Counted from the first letter of the stretch, positions 17,107-26,321 are shown. The stretch is 28,262 bases of DNA from a virus (IMGVR_UViG_3300025424_000032:1-28262), one strand, 5' to 3'. The notes: generated from the letters alone by a model not told the origin. Translations and numbers: made by a program.

Positions 17107-19860
17107 TTAGTAGCGGCGTCCCGCTTTTGCTGCCATGAGGGGAAAGTCTAATGCTGGCAACGGAGCACTGACTCTATTGAGCGCCTGCTCAACAATTGCG
17201 GTATTATGCAGGGAACGACGTGATTTTGCAACGCCACCCTTCTTGAACGGCTCATCTACCAATTGGTAAGTGCCGTCAGGCATCAATTTTCTAACCTTAC
17301 GGGTTTGGTTTAATCCTTGACGCTGATTTGCAAGACCCGATTGAATGCCAAGAAGATCATATTGCGCTTTAGTATAAGCGTCGGACGGGCTAATTCCTTG
17401 ATCAGTATAAGTTTTGGCTTTGTTGGAAACCCATGATGCGCTATCTAAACCAAATGGTTTCAATATGTTATCCAGTAAATTGCCTTCTCCGTATCCTGCA
17501 GGATTGACAGGCGGTAGCGGAACGTTTCCGGGCGCTGGCATAGGCTGTGGCGTTGACCCCAGTATAGCCTGATCGGGCCTTGGCGTAGGGAGTGGAGCGT
17601 TTAAAATAGACTGGTCTGGACGCGGCGTTGGCAATGGAACATTAAGTGTCGGATTTACGACAGGCTGCGTTGGTGTTCCCGGTGTAGGTATTGGTTCAGG
17701 TTCGGGAGGTTGAATTGCAGCAAGAAGTGATTCGTCCGGTGTGCCAGTAGCAGAACGTAATTCAGGGGGCGTGGGTTGGCCAGCGGCTAGAATGGATTCC
17801 AGCGGCGTACCCGTAGCAGAACGTGGCAATTCAAAAGATTCGCTTGCCAATGGTGGGATATTAAACGTTGTTCCTGCACCCGTTGGTGTTGCAAACGCAG
17901 TGTTCATTTGTTCTGCAGCAGCTTCAGCGGCGTTTGCCTTAGCCGTATCTTCAGTAGTACCAGTTCCACGGGTTAACCCCGTTGGGGCTACATCCGCCTT
18001 TCCACTACCAAGCACCGCATTTAATGTTTCATTTTGTCCTACAAACGACCTTGCAAGCTGCGGCGGGTTATCTTTAGCTTCTGCGGGGGACACAAAAAAA
18101 TTACCAATTGCATTTGCAACTTCACCCGCTTGATCCATAAACGAGTTGCCGCCTTTATTTTCGTTTTCGCTTGGGGATGGCGCGTCAGATTCGGCACGTT
18201 CGGTTTCTCCTCGGCTAACAGCATTTAATGTTTCGTGTTCTCCCGCTTCACCACCGTCGTCAAAATGAGTACGGCCACCTGCTGCAAAGTTATTACGCTC
18301 TTCAATAGTAAAATCATTTAACCGATGGCGTATGGTGCGTTGCACATGATCATCCTGATCAACAACAGGTTTATGCCAATGAATAGTTCCCATCTTGGGA
18401 AGTTCATTTGCTTCCTCGGACACCTTGGATGATATAACGCCTACGTCCTCTGGGTCTTTCTCAGGGTGCAGTAAAGCGTGTGGCTGTACGGGTTCATCGC
18501 CCATACCAATATCGTCTTCATGCCAAATGGACCCCTCAACTTTACCACCCTTCTTGTACGCTACACGCCCACCTTTTTTAAACCCGTATTTGGATTGGTT
18601 TTTTATTCCCATTAAAACACTTTCAAGCCATGGCTCATCAATGTTTTGCAGCAACTTCTGCTCTTCTGTCATCTTCTTAAACCCAGAACGAGCGTTAGGA
18701 TTTTCAGAATATGGATGCAAAACGCCCGGCTTATGCGGCTCTTCGGCAAATTGTTTTACTGCTTCCGGTAAAGCATAGTGGCGCTGAACCAATGGTATGT
18801 CTGCCACATAACGGCCGCTTGTTATTTCTGGATATGTATTGTGTTCAAACGCGGATGCCTCGATGCTCTGTGGCGTAAGTTCAACCACTCGATGACCAAT
18901 CATATTACCGCCAGTTTTAAGCAGTTCTGGATCCGTCAATGCTACTCTGGTCATACCAACATGAGGGAACCCTGCCTTGTGATATCCAGACTTATCCATG
19001 TGTTTAACAATAAGACTGCGTGTAGTACCCGGTAATGTCTTTAAAAAGTTTCGTGCAGCCCATGGATCATCAAGGCCCGGCCACTCTTTCATTTTTTCAA
19101 CAGCCTTATCGCGTTTAGCAGGCTCTTCAAACAAACCAGCACGAAGTTCTTTATCAAACTTTTTAACCATTTCTGGTTCTGGTTTTTGTTTAGCCAATTG
19201 CGACATAAGCGCGTCGGACATTTGGAACGATGAATCAACCGACTTTGGACCCATGGGAGAATACACTCCGTATACTGGTCCTTTTCTTTGCAAATCTTCA
19301 ATTAATCTTTTGTTTCTCGTCGTCTGTCCCGCGGCATTAGCCCACACCGCACCCTTATTGGGTTCAAGCATGTATTGCGGACCCGCATGGAGATCGACAG
19401 GCCAAGCCAATTCCTGCCCATGGATATGCGTAAGCCGCCCCAACCTAGAACGATCTCCACCAAGATTAACCAGTGTTCCGCCTTTAGCGGTTTTATAAAA
19501 CTGTTCGTATGTTTGCTTTTGCGGATTAAGCGGATTAACGCCGGGTATTGGATTTACTGTAGCTTGAACGTTTTCAGGGCTAGTGGGTGTTCTAAAACTA
19601 TAAAAAGATTGCCCAAGGTTTGGCTCATAATCAGAAGTTAATGCGTGGGTCTTTTGTGCAATACCAAGTGCTTTTTCCCGCATGGCAGGGTCTTCATGTT
19701 CAATCGATGGTATAGCCTCTAACCGTTGACGAACAATATCATTCTCAGGTGATCCACCGTCCTTATAGCCATCAACGTCTCCGCCAGTGTTTACGGAATC
19801 CCGCTCATGCCATATTGAGCCTTCCACTTTACCACCTTTGCGGTAGGCGCGGCGCATCAC
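17107..19860 (-). CDS. Large modular protein (putative internal virion/ejected protein) with repeated xxxGG motifs, one globular domain and a Pro-rich region
   Basis: 917 aa directly after the portal (GTGA overlap). YRKGG, YKDGG, FKKGG, YKKGG, FAAGG, FDDGG and FKKGG motifs, plus PLPTPRP repeats. Confidence 0.65.
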   Translation of the reverse strand: MMRRAYRKGGKVEGSIWHERDSVNTGGDVDGYKDGGSPENDIVRQRLEAIPSIEHEDPAMREKALGIAQKTHALTSDYEPNLGQSFYSFRTPTSPENVQATVNPIPGVNPLNPQKQTYEQFYKTAKGGTLVNLGGDRSRLGRLTHIHGQELAWPVDLHAGPQYMLEPNKGAVWANAAGQTTRNKRLIEDLQRKGPVYGVYSPMGPKSVDSSFQMSDALMSQLAKQKPEPEMVKKFDKELRAGLFEEPAKRDKAVEKMKEWPGLDDPWAARNFLKTLPGTTRSLIVKHMDKSGYHKAGFPHVGMTRVALTDPELLKTGGNMIGHRVVELTPQSIEASAFEHNTYPEITSGRYVADIPLVQRHYALPEAVKQFAEEPHKPGVLHPYSENPNARSGFKKMTEEQKLLQNIDEPWLESVLMGIKNQSKYGFKKGGRVAYKKGGKVEGSIWHEDDIGMGDEPVQPHALLHPEKDPEDVGVISSKVSEEANELPKMGTIHWHKPVVDQDDHVQRTIRHRLNDFTIEERNNFAAGGRTHFDDGGEAGEHETLNAVSRGETERAESDAPSPSENENKGGNSFMDQAGEVANAIGNFFVSPAEAKDNPPQLARSFVGQNETLNAVLGSGKADVAPTGLTRGTGTTEDTAKANAAEAAAEQMNTAFATPTGAGTTFNIPPLASESFELPRSATGTPLESILAAGQPTPPELRSATGTPDESLLAAIQPPEPEPIPTPGTPTQPVVNPTLNVPLPTPRPDQSILNAPLPTPRPDQAILGSTPQPMPAPGNVPLPPVNPAGYGEGNLLDNILKPFGLDSASWVSNKAKTYTDQGISPSDAYTKAQYDLLGIQSGLANQRQGLNQTRKVRKLMPDGTYQLVDEPFKKGGVAKSRRSLHNTAIVEQALNRVSAPLPALDFPLMAAKAGRRY

Positions 19861-22181
19861 TTAGAACCCGTAATAGCAGGTATAACATTGCCAAGAAGAT
19901 TACGTACGATTGCATCGCTTTCAGGATGCACGGCTATGTTTTGCGCCAAGTCAATCATTTGAATACGCTCTTTAGCAAGCATTTCCTCTTCACCAACCCG
20001 AGCCTTCATGGCGTCGTTATGCATACCAGCGCCCAATTCTACGCCCTTAAACTTTGTATCCATAACCTTGGCATCAGCTAATTTGTTTTTAATCGCCAAC
20101 TCCATGCGCTCAATGTCCGTAGGCCCACCAAGCCCCTTCAATTGTTCCTGCATTACACGAGCCTTATCAAGATCGGACTTGGCTTGATCAAGCATTAACT
20201 TTCCTTGTACGGCTTGCGCTTTTGTATCTGCTTCTTGTTTTTTAAGCTGCAGTTCAGCAATTGCTTTTTGCATTTCTGGTGGTGGATTACCACGCGCAGA
20301 TGCAGGAATCATAAACTGTTCAGGATTAGACCAACCCACTGCCTGCAATGCAGCCGTATCAATTGCAATTGGGTCATACATAGATGGGTTTTGCGCTTGT
20401 ATCTGCTTTAACGCCATAACCTTCATGAGACGCTGGGTCTGCGATGCCGTGTTAGGATCCGCCTGTGGCACCAGATCAACCTGATCCAATGCACGGAAAA
20501 ACGTCTCTTCATCCCACTTACGCGCAGGCTTGCGGTTCTTTTGCCAGAACGAATTTGGGTTTTCACGGAAGCACTGTACTAATAACTCAAACTCTTCCGC
20601 TTGCGATGCATGCATACGCTTGTGTACCGAGTTCAAAACCTTGGTGGCTTGGTCAATGAGCGCAATCGTGGTTCCCACAGGGGCGTCTTGCTTGCCTTCG
20701 CCTACGGCCTGTTCTGCAGTTCCACCGACACGCATACCCGTTTGGTTGATGTTCTCCACCAGCGACATGAGACCACCGCCCACATCCTTGTAAGGCAACG
20801 GCATTACGGCTTGGCTAATTGGCATACCGCCCGTCTTGACCAATGCTCCACCGCCGGGTGGCACACGGAATATGTTAGTATTCTGCCTTGCACCTGTGTC
20901 GGCATACAGAAAACCGGGGAAGTTGGCGTACATACCAGCGTCAAGCATTTCACGCCAAGCGGCCGTCAGTGCGTTGGTTGTGTTGCCTAGGATGTGCAGG
21001 AGACCCAGATCATAAAAGCCCATCCCCGGTACAAAGGTGTACTTGACGAAGTTCTGGCGGGGTTCAGGTAAATCTTTAGTATCTTCGTCATAGTTTCTGA
21101 CAATGGATAAGATTTCTTTTGATGATACATCGATGGTTACTCGGTATGGGATTTCCAAGCCCGTGTCCCTGCCATTATGGCGGTGCTCAAATCCCTTGAT
21201 ATTCAATTCACAATAGCACTCATAGATTTCGCGGTCACGATCGTCAGGATTGGTTTGATCTGCTGAAATACCCTGCTGTGCTTTCTTTTCCCGTTGTGCG
21301 GCATCCAGTTGGAACATCTTTGGAGCGGACAGGTCTATTTCGCGGTATACACCAAGGATCTGCATCCGCTTAACTGTTGACGGGCGCATGTAGATACGGT
21401 GGGTGATACGTTTGGCGTTGGACAGATCGGTTGCCGCATTGTTAACGATCAGATCATCGGCATCGACGCTTTCGCTAACTGGACGACCGCGTAGGGGACA
21501 GAAATATACCTTCTTGAACGCCGTCCCGCCAAAGCCCAACATGAGGAGCATTCGGTCGGTATCAGGGTAATACTCTTTGGCAGTGGCCGTGAGGTAGTGG
21601 TTGAGGTCGTTTTCAAGGTCATTGGCAAGCTGGTCGGAGGCAAAGTCAGCATTGTTGTTGTCCTCCCTGATCTTTACGGGTCCATCCGTAGGCAATAGTT
21701 CTGACCGAGCATTGGCTTGGAAACGTAGCACTGCCTCGAGCAAGAGCGGGTGCCGAACGCGAGACATACCTTCAACGGGGGCGTTGTCTGCTGCCCCTGC
21801 CAGACCGGGGATTTCCACCTTGAGACCAAGAAGTTTAATGCCTTGAGCACGGTCGTCTATCCATTCTTTGCGGGAGTCTAAGTCGTCTTGGATGCCCTTG
21901 ATGAGATCAAAGGATATGGCGGATAAGTCGGCTTGGTCTATTCTATGGACCAGATTATCAAACCACCCTTCGGTGCCATCCTCTTCTGCCCTTTGTAAGG
22001 GTGACCCGTCCAAGGTGATGGTAATGGCCCCATCGGGGGTCTCAATCGACATAAGGTTGCCGTGCTCGTCATAGCCCTGTTCTGGCCCGTCTTCGACCAT
22101 TTCTATCTCAATACCGTCAATATCCTCATGAACAGGCGAAGGATCCGCTGGTAAGCGTAGGTTGGACGGTGCGAGTGGCAT
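19857..22181 (-). CDS. Portal protein
   Basis: 774 aa immediately after terL. 'SRKEW', 'HPLLLEAVLRFQA', 'GTAFKKVYF', 'PGMGFYDLGL.H', 'APVGTTIALI' and a C-terminal coiled coil fit a P22-like portal organisation. Confidence 0.88.
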   Translation of the reverse strand: MPLAPSNLRLPADPSPVHEDIDGIEIEMVEDGPEQGYDEHGNLMSIETPDGAITITLDGSPLQRAEEDGTEGWFDNLVHRIDQADLSAISFDLIKGIQDDLDSRKEWIDDRAQGIKLLGLKVEIPGLAGAADNAPVEGMSRVRHPLLLEAVLRFQANARSELLPTDGPVKIREDNNNADFASDQLANDLENDLNHYLTATAKEYYPDTDRMLLMLGFGGTAFKKVYFCPLRGRPVSESVDADDLIVNNAATDLSNAKRITHRIYMRPSTVKRMQILGVYREIDLSAPKMFQLDAAQREKKAQQGISADQTNPDDRDREIYECYCELNIKGFEHRHNGRDTGLEIPYRVTIDVSSKEILSIVRNYDEDTKDLPEPRQNFVKYTFVPGMGFYDLGLLHILGNTTNALTAAWREMLDAGMYANFPGFLYADTGARQNTNIFRVPPGGGALVKTGGMPISQAVMPLPYKDVGGGLMSLVENINQTGMRVGGTAEQAVGEGKQDAPVGTTIALIDQATKVLNSVHKRMHASQAEEFELLVQCFRENPNSFWQKNRKPARKWDEETFFRALDQVDLVPQADPNTASQTQRLMKVMALKQIQAQNPSMYDPIAIDTAALQAVGWSNPEQFMIPASARGNPPPEMQKAIAELQLKKQEADTKAQAVQGKLMLDQAKSDLDKARVMQEQLKGLGGPTDIERMELAIKNKLADAKVMDTKFKGVELGAGMHNDAMKARVGEEEMLAKERIQMIDLAQNIAVHPESDAIVRNLLGNVIPAITGSK

Positions 22182-22184
22182 GCT

Positions 22185-23810
22185 TTAGACCCCGTATAGT
22201 GGCGCAGGCGGTGCGCCTTGGTGAACCCTGATCTGGTCAAGTTCCGCCTGAACCTCGTCAGCCCTTTGAATGAAACCAGTTTTGCGTAAGTATCGCATGG
22301 CGTAGGCCACCGTGTCCACTAGGTCGTCATGCTTGGACTTTGGGAACCGCATGCACTGGGTAATGACATCGTCGGCCCATGCCTTGTCAGGAGCATATAC
22401 GAGGCCTTCTTGGAACAAATGCTGAACAGAATACAGCCGTGCGGTCTTGTCGATGCCTTCGGGATCCACCAGTTGAACGTGGAATTTGCCATTGGAATAC
22501 AGGCGGCGCAGTTCTGACGCTACAGGGATGCCAGCGGCTTTGTTTTCAATAAGGACTTTTTCGATCGGGAATCTGTTGCAAGTCCATGATATTTTCTCAA
22601 CCACCCCGGCAAACGATAGCCTTTCTTGCCATGCGTAGATCAACATGACCTTCGGGTGGGGCTGTTTGTACGTACGCTCTACGCGGTATGCCTCCCCGGA
22701 CTTGGCGGCTGACGCCACCGGATCCTCGGAGAACACGCCCCAGACGGTCATGGCGGTAAAGTCGTTCTCGGACTTCTCGCTGAGAGCAGTATCCACGGCC
22801 GCAATGATGTGGTCGAAGTCGGGGAATACATTTTCGTTCTCCCACAACTGCCACATGGAACGCTTGATGATACCGCCATCGTCAGGGGTTGGCTGCTGTT
22901 GGAACTGGCCGGACGTGGCAAACGACCCCATGATTTTCTTTTCTCGCTCCACAACGTGGGCGGGGAACCGATCGGGGAATAGCAGTTCGCCTTTTTCTTC
23001 TCGAGGATCTTCAAGGCCCAGCAAGGTGGGTGAGGCACGATCGGGATCGTACTCCATGGGCAGCATGATGTGGTCGTAGCCCAGTTGTTCTTCTAGGATT
23101 ACGCCAGATACGTCCTCTTCGTGGAGGCGCTGCATGATGACGATGATGGCGGACTTGTCGGGGTTGTTGAGACGGGTCGGGATAGCAGTTTTAAATGTTT
23201 CGATAGTTGTCCTGCGCTGTTGTTCTGAATTGGCCGAATCAACCGAATGGGGGTCATCGATGATGACGCGATCGCCACGAGCACCAGTCATACCGTCAAT
23301 GGCGAGGGCTTGGCGAAACCCAGTGGAAGTGTTTTCGAACTTGGTCTTTTGGTTCTGATCGCCTGTCAACTTAACGTGGGGCCACATTTCCTGATACCAA
23401 TCGGACGCGATAAGGCGGCGCATTTTGGTTGAGTCGCGGATGGCATTGTTCATCGAGTAGGAAGCGCAGACATATCGCAAATGCGGCATATTCCTCGGCC
23501 CCCATTCCCAAGCAGGCCAGAACACGTTTACCAACAGGGACTTCATTGTGCCGGGCGGGACGTTGATCAGCAGGCGGTTGTAGTATCGTTCATCGTCAAC
23601 CATGACCTCGTCAGTGATGGCCGTCAGGGCTTCGCTAATGAGGTGGATGTGCCAGTTGTCGATAAAGGGTTGTCCCGGCTCCACGACAGGCCATGCATAC
23701 TCAATGAACTTGGGAAGGGACCGGAACGATCGTTCGCGTCTGATATCCAGCAGGGAAGCCTTAGCGTCGATTCTGTCGCCTTTGTGGAGAATGTGAACGG
23801 GAGCGTTCAT
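22185..23810 (-). CDS. terL: Terminase large subunit
   Basis: Walker A 'INVPPGTMKS', Walker B 'IIDDPH', 'IMQRLHEED', 'GQFQQQP', and RNase H-like nuclease residues 'AVDTA...NDFTA...IENKAAG...HDDLVD'. Confidence 0.95.
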   Translation of the reverse strand: MNAPVHILHKGDRIDAKASLLDIRRERSFRSLPKFIEYAWPVVEPGQPFIDNWHIHLISEALTAITDEVMVDDERYYNRLLINVPPGTMKSLLVNVFWPAWEWGPRNMPHLRYVCASYSMNNAIRDSTKMRRLIASDWYQEMWPHVKLTGDQNQKTKFENTSTGFRQALAIDGMTGARGDRVIIDDPHSVDSANSEQQRRTTIETFKTAIPTRLNNPDKSAIIVIMQRLHEEDVSGVILEEQLGYDHIMLPMEYDPDRASPTLLGLEDPREEKGELLFPDRFPAHVVEREKKIMGSFATSGQFQQQPTPDDGGIIKRSMWQLWENENVFPDFDHIIAAVDTALSEKSENDFTAMTVWGVFSEDPVASAAKSGEAYRVERTYKQPHPKVMLIYAWQERLSFAGVVEKISWTCNRFPIEKVLIENKAAGIPVASELRRLYSNGKFHVQLVDPEGIDKTARLYSVQHLFQEGLVYAPDKAWADDVITQCMRFPKSKHDDLVDTVAYAMRYLRKTGFIQRADEVQAELDQIRVHQGAPPAPLYGV

Positions 23811-24241
23811 TTAGCCTCTATGGCCGATGCCAAGGCCAATTCCAGTGCTTCCAGCGTATCATCATCGAGTTCGGCTGATTTGATGGTTTTGGTTTCAATT
23901 TGAACAGGACCACCGTCTTTGCCCATCAATTCGTTAATGCGGCGCTCGGCATAATCGTCACGGAAGCGGGAAGCCACGTTTTTGAGCCAAAGCTGGGCGT
24001 TAAAGTCCCGTTTTCCCAAGTTTGTGCGGCCAGTTTCTTCCCACCAAACTTGCGATAATTCTCGTGCGTACGCGAGAGCGGTAGAAAATTCTGGGTGGAT
24101 CTCCTTCCAATAGTCCAAAGTCGCGCGCACAGTTCCACAAGCAACGGCCATTTCAGCGTAAGAGCAGCCTATTTTGCCCTTTTCGATGACGACATTGCAG
24201 TATTCTGGCTTATACGTTGTTGGACGGCCGACTTTTGCCAT
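23807..24241 (-). CDS. terS: Terminase small subunit
   Basis: 'GRPTTYKPEYC', HTH-like 'SYAEMAVACGTVRATLDYWKEIHPEF', 'GKDGGPVQ'. ATGA overlap with terL and AGGAGG RBS. Confidence 0.85.
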   Translation of the reverse strand: MAKVGRPTTYKPEYCNVVIEKGKIGCSYAEMAVACGTVRATLDYWKEIHPEFSTALAYARELSQVWWEETGRTNLGKRDFNAQLWLKNVASRFRDDYAERRINELMGKDGGPVQIETKTIKSAELDDDTLEALELALASAIEAK

Positions 24242-24344
24242 AAAATCCTCCTAGAACGTCACCAATATAAGATGAAACGCAGCAAAATGCTATAGCACCA
24301 AAGAATATTACGAATAGTGTTAACGTTAACATTCAAAACTTCCC

Positions 24345-24610
24345 CATAACCCATTGATCTTTCTACTTAAGGTAATAATAAAATATATAAATATATATAT
24401 ATATATAAATAATAATAATTCTCTCTTATAAATCCCAAAACAATGTCTGGCTACTCTTATATCTATCACTATTTTATCTCTCTTCTGGACAAATATATCT
24501 GTCTCTCTCTGGATAAGTAACTAAGTATAAGTTAAACACGTTTTATTAATTAATATCAATAACTTAGTATGTATTTTAAGGTTTGATATTCATTCCATTG
24601 GATATATTTA
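24345..24610. other. AT-rich low-complexity non-coding region between divergent genes (candidate origin/packaging or promoter region)
   Basis: (AT)n run at about 24383-24407, (AAT)n and (TC)n tracts, no ORF. Far more AT-rich than the surrounding sequence. Confidence 0.55.
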
Positions 24611-24772
24611 ACCGAGGGATGTCATCAAACCGCAACCATGATATGGTGAAACCCAACTCTCATAACCGAAGGAGGCTAGACCTTGATGGCATCGTTAACG
24701 ACCGCAACGACCGTTTCTTTTGAATGGAATACACCAACTTTAACCGTAACCAGCATTGACCGGAGTGAAACC

Positions 24773-25069
24773 ATGTCTTGGAATTATCGCGTAATCTACA
24801 TCCCGAAGGATGGGGATTCTATTTTTGATGACGACCAGTTCGTGATTCGTGAGGTATTCTATAACGATGACGACGAAATTGAGTTTTGGACAGAAGAAGA
24901 CGCGAGCCCATTTGGCGAAACGTTTGAAGAACTGGCAGACGATTTTGATCTGATGCAGGAAGCGTTTGAAAAGCCAATCCTTATGCTAACCAAGGACGAG
25001 GACGACGAAGACACGCTTGTTGAACTCGATGACGAGGACGGCGAGGAAAGCGAAGCTGAAGAGGCTTAA
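24773..25069 (+). CDS. Highly acidic small protein ('WNYRV' N-terminus); possible longer in-frame start at 24683/24686
   Basis: 98 aa, about 38 D/E versus 5 K/R. GGAG RBS at 24762-24765. The only convincing plus-strand gene. Confidence 0.75.
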   Translation: MSWNYRVIYIPKDGDSIFDDDQFVIREVFYNDDDEIEFWTEEDASPFGETFEELADDFDLMQEAFEKPILMLTKDEDDEDTLVELDDEDGEESEAEEA

Positions 25070-25211
25070 CGTAAGTCGGCTCTAACTGGTGTGTGTTCTG
25101 GTTAAGCCTAGCGGCAGATTGTCCGTCACTGTTAGACACACTGCTACCACGCTGTACGGGGGTGTGGTTTAAGACAATGGAGAGTGGAATATGCAATCCA
25201 TAGCCCGTACC

Positions 25212-26156
25212 TCATAAGACGTACTGCCCTCGGAACACTGGACGACCGTTAATCAGTTCGCAGAGTTCTGGGGGCATCATTATACCCTCTTCATCAAATG
25301 TAAGAATGGCAAACCCCTGCTGCGCTCTAGACGGTGCTCCTTCTGTGTATTGGAACTGGGGACCATGTGGATCGGCAAGAGTGCCAGTTTCTACGCCCCA
25401 GCGGGATCCACGACGATCTCGGACAGCAGTGACCTGTAATTGGTGGGTGTGGCCCGTAACCATGCTAATTCCCGCGTGTTGGGAAGAGTTATAGGCCGAA
25501 TGGATCCCTGATCGGAAACGATGGCGTATTTCTGTCCCGTTGATTTCAAACCCCCACGCAAATTCCCAGTCTGTGAAGTGTTCCGCCAAGGACATGATGT
25601 ATCCGTCGAGTTCTCCTGCGTTTGAGGCAATGTATGTGTCAATTCTAATGTCGTGGTTTCCCATGGTCCACAGACGGTGACGGGTTTTTGGGAGTAGTTT
25701 GAGCCATGCCTTGGCGGTTTCGATTTCTTTTTCAATCTTTGGTGCTCGTGACCCACGGGTCGGTGTGTGCCTTGAGATCCTAGCGCCATCAATGACGTCT
25801 CCGTTGAGGATGATTCCATCTACTTTGATCATCTTACATACTTTAACGAAGGCTTTATAAATCAGCGGTGGGTCACCGTCCCATATGTGGATATCAGATC
25901 CAACGGCCCATACACTTGACGGGATCTCTTTTGAGATCATGCGGGGATACATCCATTGGCCCATAGTCGGGGTGTCTGGCAATCCATCAGGAAACTCTTG
26001 GAACGCCCGTTCGAGACGGCAATCGAATGTCTTGCGAGGAAGGTTAGAGGCTCTTGCCGCGGATGCTATACTTCTTCCACATGCCTCATAGATGCGTAGG
26101 GTTTCAATCATAATCTCTTTTGATAATCTGTACATTGCCATAGTGGTCTCCATCAT
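25212..26156 (-). CDS. Calcineurin-like metallophosphoesterase with N-terminal HTH
   Basis: Motifs SDIH, NGDVID, GNHD and GHTH in the canonical order. N-terminal 'SIASAARASNLPRKTF..RL' HTH. Exact start uncertain (several Met). Confidence 0.85.
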   Translation of the reverse strand: MMETTMAMYRLSKEIMIETLRIYEACGRSIASAARASNLPRKTFDCRLERAFQEFPDGLPDTPTMGQWMYPRMISKEIPSSVWAVGSDIHIWDGDPPLIYKAFVKVCKMIKVDGIILNGDVIDGARISRHTPTRGSRAPKIEKEIETAKAWLKLLPKTRHRLWTMGNHDIRIDTYIASNAGELDGYIMSLAEHFTDWEFAWGFEINGTEIRHRFRSGIHSAYNSSQHAGISMVTGHTHQLQVTAVRDRRGSRWGVETGTLADPHGPQFQYTEGAPSRAQQGFAILTFDEEGIMMPPELCELINGRPVFRGQYVL

Positions 26157-26162
26157 ATAGGC

Positions 26163-26188
26163 AAAAAAAAGACTCCCCGAAGGGAGCC
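26163..26188 (-). terminator. Rho-independent terminator
   Basis: Minus strand GGCTCCC-TTCG-GGGAGTC then T8. Confidence 0.88.
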
Positions 26189-26192
26189 TAAG

Positions 26193-26321
26193 TCATGGGA
26201 GGTGCGCCAAAGGAAGGGACGCATCGATCATCTTACGGAGTTTCTTCACACGCGCAAGGTTATTGTTACGCATGGCGTAAACAAGGGCTACAAATAGTTC
26301 TGCAATGGAAGGGGTTCTCAT
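26193..26321 (-). CDS. 42-aa hypothetical protein
   Basis: Manual translation MRTPSIAELFVALVYAMRNNNLARVKKLRKMIDASLPLAHLP*. ATGA overlap with the upstream gene; ends just before the terminator. Confidence 0.55.
   Translation of the reverse strand: MRTPSIAELFVALVYAMRNNNLARVKKLRKMIDASLPLAHLP

Noticed and set aside
24532-24546. Possible CtrA box (TTAA-N7-TTAA)
   Set aside because: Imperfect (TTAA-N7-TTAT) and expected by chance in AT-rich DNA.
25070-25211. Convergent intergenic gap with weak hairpins and the 24981-25196 ORF
   Set aside because: No tRNA cloverleaf or convincing ncRNA fold. The ORF lacks an RBS and overlaps the acidic gene.
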